A DNA stretch of 52,638 bases from Patescibacteria group bacterium. GTDB taxonomy: Bacteria; Patescibacteriota; Patescibacteriia; SCPX01. Made by a program: the position numbers and the translations under genes. Location of the stretch: the NCBI GenBank assembly GCA_004298615.1, contig SCPX01000059.1, positions 1 through 52,638 on the forward strand. Reading direction: 5' to 3'. Under the pieces are notes generated by a model. It was not told the origin of the DNA. It saw only the letters and a list, made by a program, of their open reading frames with translations, and searched no databases. Positions within the stretch are counted from its first letter, which is position 1, and each line of letters opens with the position of its first letter. This document shows, piece after piece, positions 46,942 to 52,638 of the stretch.

Positions 46942-47750
46942 TAAACCATTACCGTATCAAAGTCAAAAAAACGAACCAGCGGATCAACTGATGCTTCTTG
47001 GAAAAGATCGCGCGCCGATGTCTCAATGCGGCGAATCGTGCCGATAGGGAAAATCAATGTCGGATTATCGGCCTTGGGCCTCGTCGCGATGATATCGCCG
47101 GCGGCGATTTTATCGGATTGAGGGATAAATTTCAATTTGAGCGACGTGCCGTGCGAGCCTTCGATTATTCCTTCCGGCCGCATGGCCGTCAAATCATTTG
47201 CTGAAGCGCTTTGGCTGATGGCCGCGATGCGAAAACGGGAATCGGTAATAATCATCACTTTGGCTGACGCTTCCAGGACTTGAGTGACGCGACCGACCAA
47301 AGCGCCGCCGGGCGAAACCACAAAATCATCAACCGCTACATTGTCCCGCCTTCCTTTATTTATGATGAAATCGCTTGAAAAAATCGTGCCGCTTCGGAAA
47401 ATCTTGGCCAGCGACTTGGGAGATTCCTTATCCTTGGCGTATTGCAAAATTTTTCTCAATTCTTCATTTTCCCGCTCCAAAGCGCCAAGCCGGGTATTGT
47501 CGTATGTCATTTTTTCAATCCGCTCCTGAAGCTTTGCCGCCTCTTGGCGGAAACGCGCTCCGGAGAATATTCCATCCGCAAACCTCTGCCCTTCAATAAA
47601 CGCTCGCTGAAAAGGCTCTAGAAAAGAAAAAATATATGACGATTGGACTGATTCTAACAACTTAATTTTAAAAGGATTGAAAATAAAAAAAATCAGGAGC
47701 AATGCTCCCCCGATAAGCCAGATTGAGACTTTTTTAAATCTGCGCGCCAT
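46938..47750 (-). CDS. mreC: Rod shape-determining protein MreC
   Basis: TM, coiled coil ending LERENEELRKIL, INKG, LVGRV and PIG motifs. Confidence 0.9.
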   Translation of the reverse strand: MARRFKKVSIWLIGGALLLIFFIFNPFKIKLLESVQSSYIFSFLEPFQRAFIEGQRFADGIFSGARFRQEAAKLQERIEKMTYDNTRLGALERENEELRKILQYAKDKESPKSLAKIFRSGTIFSSDFIINKGRRDNVAVDDFVVSPGGALVGRVTQVLEASAKVMIITDSRFRIAAISQSASANDLTAMRPEGIIEGSHGTSLKLKFIPQSDKIAAGDIIATRPKADNPTLIFPIGTIRRIETSARDLFQEASVDPLVRFFDFDTVMVY

Positions 47751-47762
47751 AATGCGTTTCGT

Positions 47763-48815
47763 TTAGCGCGATGAGCCGGATTTTGTCCCGGGGATCAATA
47801 CTGAAGCGAGGCGATCCAGATCTTCCACCACAATGCCCGTCCCCCGCGCCACCGATGTGAGAGGATCGTCAGCCGCGTAAACCGGAATTTTTATTTCGTC
47901 GCGAATCGCTTCAGGCAAGCCGCGCAGCATGGCCCCGCCGCCGCTCAAAAGCACGCCGCGCTGATATATGTCGGCTACCAATTCAGCCGGAGTTTTTTCA
48001 ATCGTATCCTTGATTGTTTCTATCATCAGTCTTACCGTTCGTTTTAGCGCTTCCCTAACATGCTCATCGGTCAGGATGACTTCCCGCGGCAGTCCGGTTA
48101 TCACATCGCGGCCGCGGACGGCGATTTCCAATTTTTCCGGAAGATTAACAGCCGATCCGATTTTTATTTTGGCTTCTTCGGCGGTTCGTTCGCCCAAGAA
48201 AATATTGAATTCTTCTCTGGCGAAATTGATAATATCGTCGGTCATTTCATTGCCGGCGATTTTTATTGATTTGGCCGTCACCACTCCTCCCAAAGAAATC
48301 ACGGCAATATCAGTCGTGCCGCCGCCGATATCAACCACCATGCTGCCCATAGCGTCCTGAATCGGCAAACGGGCGCCGATAGCTACGGCCACCGGCTCTT
48401 CAATCAAATGCACTTCGCGCGCTCCGGCGTTTAAGACCGCGTCTTCCACCGCTTTTCTTTCCACTTCGGTGACTTCAAGAGGAATTCCTATCACCACGCG
48501 CGGCCGGGGCATCAGGGCGAATGTTTCCCGATGAATCCGGTCAATAAAATACTTGATCATTTTTTCGGCTATTTCAAAATCGGAAATCACCCCGTCGGCC
48601 AAAGGGCGGGCGGCTACGATATGGGCCGGCGTCTTGCCGATCATATGGTTGGCCATCTCCCCGATCGCCAAAATTTCATCGGTCCGCGTATTTATGGCAA
48701 CGACCGACGGTTCATTTATGACAATCCCCTTGTCTTTCACATACACCAAAGTATTGGCCGTGCCAAGGTCAATGCCCATATCTTGGGAAAATCTTCCAAA
48801 AATTCGTGAAAGCAT
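47763..48815 (-). CDS. mreB: Rod shape-determining protein MreB
   Basis: GIDLGTANT, EPSVVA, VDIGGGTT and GGGAML motifs. Confidence 0.97.
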   Translation of the reverse strand: MLSRIFGRFSQDMGIDLGTANTLVYVKDKGIVINEPSVVAINTRTDEILAIGEMANHMIGKTPAHIVAARPLADGVISDFEIAEKMIKYFIDRIHRETFALMPRPRVVIGIPLEVTEVERKAVEDAVLNAGAREVHLIEEPVAVAIGARLPIQDAMGSMVVDIGGGTTDIAVISLGGVVTAKSIKIAGNEMTDDIINFAREEFNIFLGERTAEEAKIKIGSAVNLPEKLEIAVRGRDVITGLPREVILTDEHVREALKRTVRLMIETIKDTIEKTPAELVADIYQRGVLLSGGGAMLRGLPEAIRDEIKIPVYAADDPLTSVARGTGIVVEDLDRLASVLIPGTKSGSSR

Positions 48816-48843
48816 ATTTTATGAAAATTTTCAATTCCCGCTA

Positions 48844-48872
48844 ATTTTACTTGGTATTTTCATCTTTGTCAA
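48844..48872 (-). promoter_or_regulatory. Sigma70 promoter of mreBCD-mrdA
   Basis: TTGACA-17-TAAAAT. Confidence 0.75.
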
Positions 48873-48881
48873 CCGTATAAA

Positions 48882-50051
48882 TCACCACCCAAACGCTTCT
48901 CTAAACACTCTGACTATATCATTTCCCCAGCGAGCGATATCGCGGTATGTGATGAGCACCACTAAAGCCATTAATAAAATAAATCCTACTGTGTGGCTCA
49001 AATTTTCAATTCTGGAGTGAACGGCTTTTCCCCGTATTTTTTCTATAATCAAAAACAGGAAGCGGCCGCCGTCCAGCGCGGGAAACGGTATGAAATTAAG
49101 AATTGCCAGATTAAGCGACAAGACTACGGAAAATTGCAAAACATAAATAAATCCAAGCTTTACGACCATGCCGGTATAGACAGCGATGCCGATCGGTCCG
49201 GAAATATCCGCCGAAACTCCTTTGCCTGTAAAAAGACGGGCAAAAAGATCGTAATATCCGTTGAGAATGGCGCCGATCAGAGAAATAGTGGAACTAAATC
49301 CTTTGACAATTGAAGTGTGGACGGGATATGACACAAAAGCCACTTCAGACAAATTGACTCCCATCACGGCCCGATCTTCGCCTTCAATAATTTTCGGCAC
49401 AAGACTTGACTCTCCTTCAATCTTTCCTCTCAAATAACCTACCTTGATTCCGTCGCGATGCTCATTGACATACTTTTGGACATCATCAATAGTTTTTATT
49501 TTAATGCTGTCCAGCGACACGATCACATCGCCCGGCCGGAAAATTCCGTCAGCCGGATACCCTTTTTCCACTTCCAAAATCTGAACTTGGGGATTTTTAA
49601 TTTTGGCAAAGTCGCTATCCGATAAGTCTCTTACATCTTGCGGCATTCCGATCATCAAGGCGGCCACCAATAAAACAAAAGCGAGCACCACATTCATCGT
49701 CACTCCGGCGGCCAAGACTATCCCTCTTTGCCAAATGGGCCGTACAGCGAAACTGTCCGGATCTTTTAGATTTTCTCCGCTTTCGCCTTTGATTTTCACA
49801 AACCCGCCGAGAGGAAACCAATTCAGCGAATAAATCGTCCCGCCATCCGGATCACCAACCCCTCGCGCGCTTAGAAATTTCCAAATGCCTGTTTTTAATT
49901 TTTGCATGCCGAACACGCGCGGCGGAAAACCAAATCCGAATTCCTCGGCTCGTATGCCGAAAATACGCGCGGCAAAAAAATGCCCGGCTTCATGGACGAG
50001 CACCAAAACGGCTAAAATTACGATAAATACTCCGATCGTGGTCAAAAGCAT
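48882..50051 (-). CDS. rseP: RIP metalloprotease RseP (M50)
   Basis: HEAGH, PLGGFV, PDZ domain and NFIPFPALDGG motifs. Confidence 0.94.
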   Translation of the reverse strand: MLLTTIGVFIVILAVLVLVHEAGHFFAARIFGIRAEEFGFGFPPRVFGMQKLKTGIWKFLSARGVGDPDGGTIYSLNWFPLGGFVKIKGESGENLKDPDSFAVRPIWQRGIVLAAGVTMNVVLAFVLLVAALMIGMPQDVRDLSDSDFAKIKNPQVQILEVEKGYPADGIFRPGDVIVSLDSIKIKTIDDVQKYVNEHRDGIKVGYLRGKIEGESSLVPKIIEGEDRAVMGVNLSEVAFVSYPVHTSIVKGFSSTISLIGAILNGYYDLFARLFTGKGVSADISGPIGIAVYTGMVVKLGFIYVLQFSVVLSLNLAILNFIPFPALDGGRFLFLIIEKIRGKAVHSRIENLSHTVGFILLMALVVLITYRDIARWGNDIVRVFREAFGW

Positions 50052-50054
50052 AAA

Positions 50055-50600
50055 CTAGATTGTCATTATTTCTTTTTCTTTCGCCTCCAATAATTCTTTT
50101 ATCCTGGCATTCATCAGGTCCACCGAATTCTGGACTTCTTTTGATTTTTGAAAAAATTGGTCTTCGGTCATATCGCCTTTTGATTTTTCTTCCTTAAACG
50201 CTTTCAATATTTCGTCCCGCACGCGCCTTATTCCCACGCGAGCGGATTCCGTGGTTTCCATCAATTGCTTGATCAAAAGCTTCCTTCTTTCCTCAGTCAT
50301 GGCCGGCAGTACCAGGCGGATTACCGATCCGGAAACATTGGGGGTCAATCCGATATTGGAGGCGATAATGGCTTTTTCAATTTCTTTAGCGATATTTTTA
50401 TCCCACGGCTCAATCTGCAAGACTTTCGGCTCGGGCACGCTAATGGCGGCCAGCTCTCTCAATTTCATTTTCGCGCCATAACTCTCCACTTCTATATTAT
50501 CAACGATCGCCGGATTGGCCCGTCCGGTGCGCACCGTGGAAATAGCATGAATATAATGATCTATGATTTTTTGAAATTCTTCCTGATGTTTGGTTGACAT
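50055..50600 (-). CDS. frr: Ribosome recycling factor
   Basis: RTGRANP, TEERRK and KEKEIMTI motifs. Confidence 0.96.
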   Translation of the reverse strand: MSTKHQEEFQKIIDHYIHAISTVRTGRANPAIVDNIEVESYGAKMKLRELAAISVPEPKVLQIEPWDKNIAKEIEKAIIASNIGLTPNVSGSVIRLVLPAMTEERRKLLIKQLMETTESARVGIRRVRDEILKAFKEEKSKGDMTEDQFFQKSKEVQNSVDLMNARIKELLEAKEKEIMTI

Positions 50601-50620
50601 AATAAATTAAATAGGATTAA

Positions 50621-51730
50621 TTAAAAAGGCGATAATGGACTTTTTTTCTTTTGAACCGGCTTGGTCGTGCCCATCCAAATTTTCCCTGCGTCATTCGGAT
50701 TGATTCCCAAGGCGGTCGGCTGGCGCGATGACGGAAGGGAGCGGGTGATCCATTCGCTTCCGTTATTGAAAGTTTTGTAAAAATTGGAAGCCGTGCCGTA
50801 ATATATTTCGTCAAAATCATAAGGATTGGCCGCCAATGAAAGTATTTTTATTTCCCCGGGCTTGGTCAGAAGATTGACTTTCTCCCAAGTTGCTCCGCCG
50901 TCATTGGTGCGCATCAATCCGTAAGCTGAAGCGTATAATATGATTGAAGACATTCTGGCGTGCGGTAGTAATGATCCGGCCGAAAGGCTACCGGGAAATT
51001 TCTTGGCGGTTTCTTTGGAAATCAGTTCCGTCCAAGCAGTGCCGCGATCCGCCGATTTGAATATGCCGCTGTTTGGGGTGACGGCGATCATAAAGCTCGG
51101 ATCATTCGGATGAAAAATGATATCGCGGATTTCCGCCTTGGCGGCCTGGCTCGGCAAGGCTCTCCAACTCGCGCCGCTGTCGTCGCTTTTTAAAATCACG
51201 CCATTTGATACTCCAGCATAAATTTGCCTTGGATTAAAAGGGTCCACAGACACCGCGGTGATTGAATATCCGGAAACGGCCTGCGTGTAGACTACTGTCC
51301 AAGTCGCTCCGGCATCGCTAGATTTCTTGATTTGACTACCCAGCCCGACATAAAGAATTTGCGTTGAAGTCGGATCAAGTCCGATCGCTTGTACGGATCC
51401 CGACGAAGCCAATATCGGCTTCCAGCTTTCTCCTGAATCAAGCGATACTTGCATTCCGGCATTGGATGTCCCCAAGTAAATATTTTTTGAATCAAGCGGA
51501 TGAAATAAAATTTTGCTGATATTGGCATTGCTGATGGTTTGGGTTTTTTTCTTAATGATTCCGGCAAACACTTTTTGCTTCCAAGTCTCGCCTTTGTCAT
51601 CCGAAGAATAGATTCCCCCGTCTTGGACTTTTTTCGCCCCAAAACTAAGCGTGATGCACCCCTGTCCCATAAAAACAAAAGCGGCGAACATTAAAACGAT
51701 TATGGATATTTTTTTTGATTTCATTATCAT
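50621..51730 (-). CDS. BNR/Asp-box beta-propeller lipoprotein
   Basis: Lipobox-like FMGQGC. Seven Asp-box-like SxDxGxxW repeats. Confidence 0.85.
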   Translation of the reverse strand: MIMKSKKISIIVLMFAAFVFMGQGCITLSFGAKKVQDGGIYSSDDKGETWKQKVFAGIIKKKTQTISNANISKILFHPLDSKNIYLGTSNAGMQVSLDSGESWKPILASSGSVQAIGLDPTSTQILYVGLGSQIKKSSDAGATWTVVYTQAVSGYSITAVSVDPFNPRQIYAGVSNGVILKSDDSGASWRALPSQAAKAEIRDIIFHPNDPSFMIAVTPNSGIFKSADRGTAWTELISKETAKKFPGSLSAGSLLPHARMSSIILYASAYGLMRTNDGGATWEKVNLLTKPGEIKILSLAANPYDFDEIYYGTASNFYKTFNNGSEWITRSLPSSRQPTALGINPNDAGKIWMGTTKPVQKKKSPLSPF

Positions 51731-51735
51731 AAAAT

Positions 51736-52638
51736 TTAATTTAAATTCCAAATAAATTGCTCAAAAGCGAGTCTGGGCGCGATATTTCTTTTCATCATTT
51801 GAATCAATTCAAACAATCCTTTACTCATTTTTGCCAAATTAGGCGTTGATTTTATATCAGATTTAAAGGCCGGGGGCGATTCGTTTATTCCCAGCTTCTC
51901 GTACACCGACCATTGAGCCGCGGCCAAAATGCTATTGGCGAATTTTATGCCGCTATTTTGCTGTTCAATAAAACTCATTGACTTGCTAAAAATATCGTAA
52001 AGCATTTTTAATCGCTCGTTTTTCGGGCTTTTCAAAAACAGAAGCGCCTTGGAATAATCTTTTTCAGCCGACTCAAGCAATGTTTTATCGGCGATCAAAC
52101 TCCTGGCTAAATCTATTTTACCGGATGCCAAATGCGCCGCGTTCTTAACTGAGTTCGCGGATACTCCGGGATATTCGCGCTCCAGACACGCGATCATTTC
52201 ACCGATTGAAATATGAGCCAATCTTATGTTCAAAAGCCGAGAACGCAAAGTGGGTAATAGCGAATCCGTAAAATCGGCAATCAAAATAATAATTGCCGAC
52301 TTGGGCGGCTCCTCCAAGACTTTTAAAATGCTGTTTTGCGCGTCAGCCGAAAGGCTGTGAGCGTCGCAAATCACCGCTATATTGCGATCGGAAATAGACG
52401 GCGCCAAATATATTCTCTCTCTCATTTCGCGCATCTTTTCTATGCCGATATTTTTTTCTTCCGGATCTTTTACCACTTTGTAAACATCCGTGTGATTATC
52501 ATTCGCAAACAATACGCAATTGCGGCATTGGCCGCAAGCAATGCCGTCTTTTTTTTCACACAAAAGCGCTTGGACAAAAAAATCAACCAGACGATTTTTT
52601 CCAATTCCCTTTGGTCCGAAAAAACCGTAAGCGTGGGA
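51736..52638 (-). CDS. holB: DNA polymerase III delta' subunit; 5' end lies outside the window
   Basis: Frame open to the window edge: SHAYGFFGPKGIGK, C..ACGQCRNC, AQNSILKVLEEPP and LLPTLRSR motifs. Confidence 0.9.
   Translation of the reverse strand, partial: SHAYGFFGPKGIGKNRLVDFFVQALLCEKKDGIACGQCRNCVLFANDNHTDVYKVVKDPEEKNIGIEKMREMRERIYLAPSISDRNIAVICDAHSLSADAQNSILKVLEEPPKSAIIILIADFTDSLLPTLRSRLLNIRLAHISIGEMIACLEREYPGVSANSVKNAAHLASGKIDLARSLIADKTLLESAEKDYSKALLFLKSPKNERLKMLYDIFSKSMSFIEQQNSGIKFANSILAAAQWSVYEKLGINESPPAFKSDIKSTPNLAKMSKGLFELIQMMKRNIAPRLAFEQFIWNLN

Overview
Gene-dense bacterial chromosome segment using genetic code 11. It is very probably from a Patescibacteria/CPR (Parcubacteria-like) organism; this is an inference from mostly SD-less housekeeping genes, a degenerate PriA, a CPR-type VirD4-like ATPase, a PaaX/Cas2-like protein and short GC-rich palindromic repeats. 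Housekeeping blocks are clpB (with a CIRCE operator), priA-def-fmt-GT2, uvrD/pcrA, murG-murC, parB, greA-lysS-serS, murJ, cysS, mreBCD-mrdA, rseP-frr and holB. An accessory region at about 34.5-42.5 kb carries four notable items: a stand-alone voltage-sensor-like membrane protein, a PaaX/Cas2-like gene bracketed by two ~95-bp palindromic direct repeats, a DUF262-HNH nuclease beside an EcoRI-type methyltransferase with an in-frame TGA, and an ABC exporter. The best unexplained signals are (1) the repeat-bracketed Cas2-like cassette, (2) two promoter-driven, highly base-paired minus-strand non-coding units at ~10.75-11.32 kb and ~14.02-14.22 kb, and (3) a boxA-like motif at a fixed distance behind four promoters of orphan units. 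I found no rRNA, tRNA, transposase or true CRISPR array. All calls were made by eye, without database searches or folding software.
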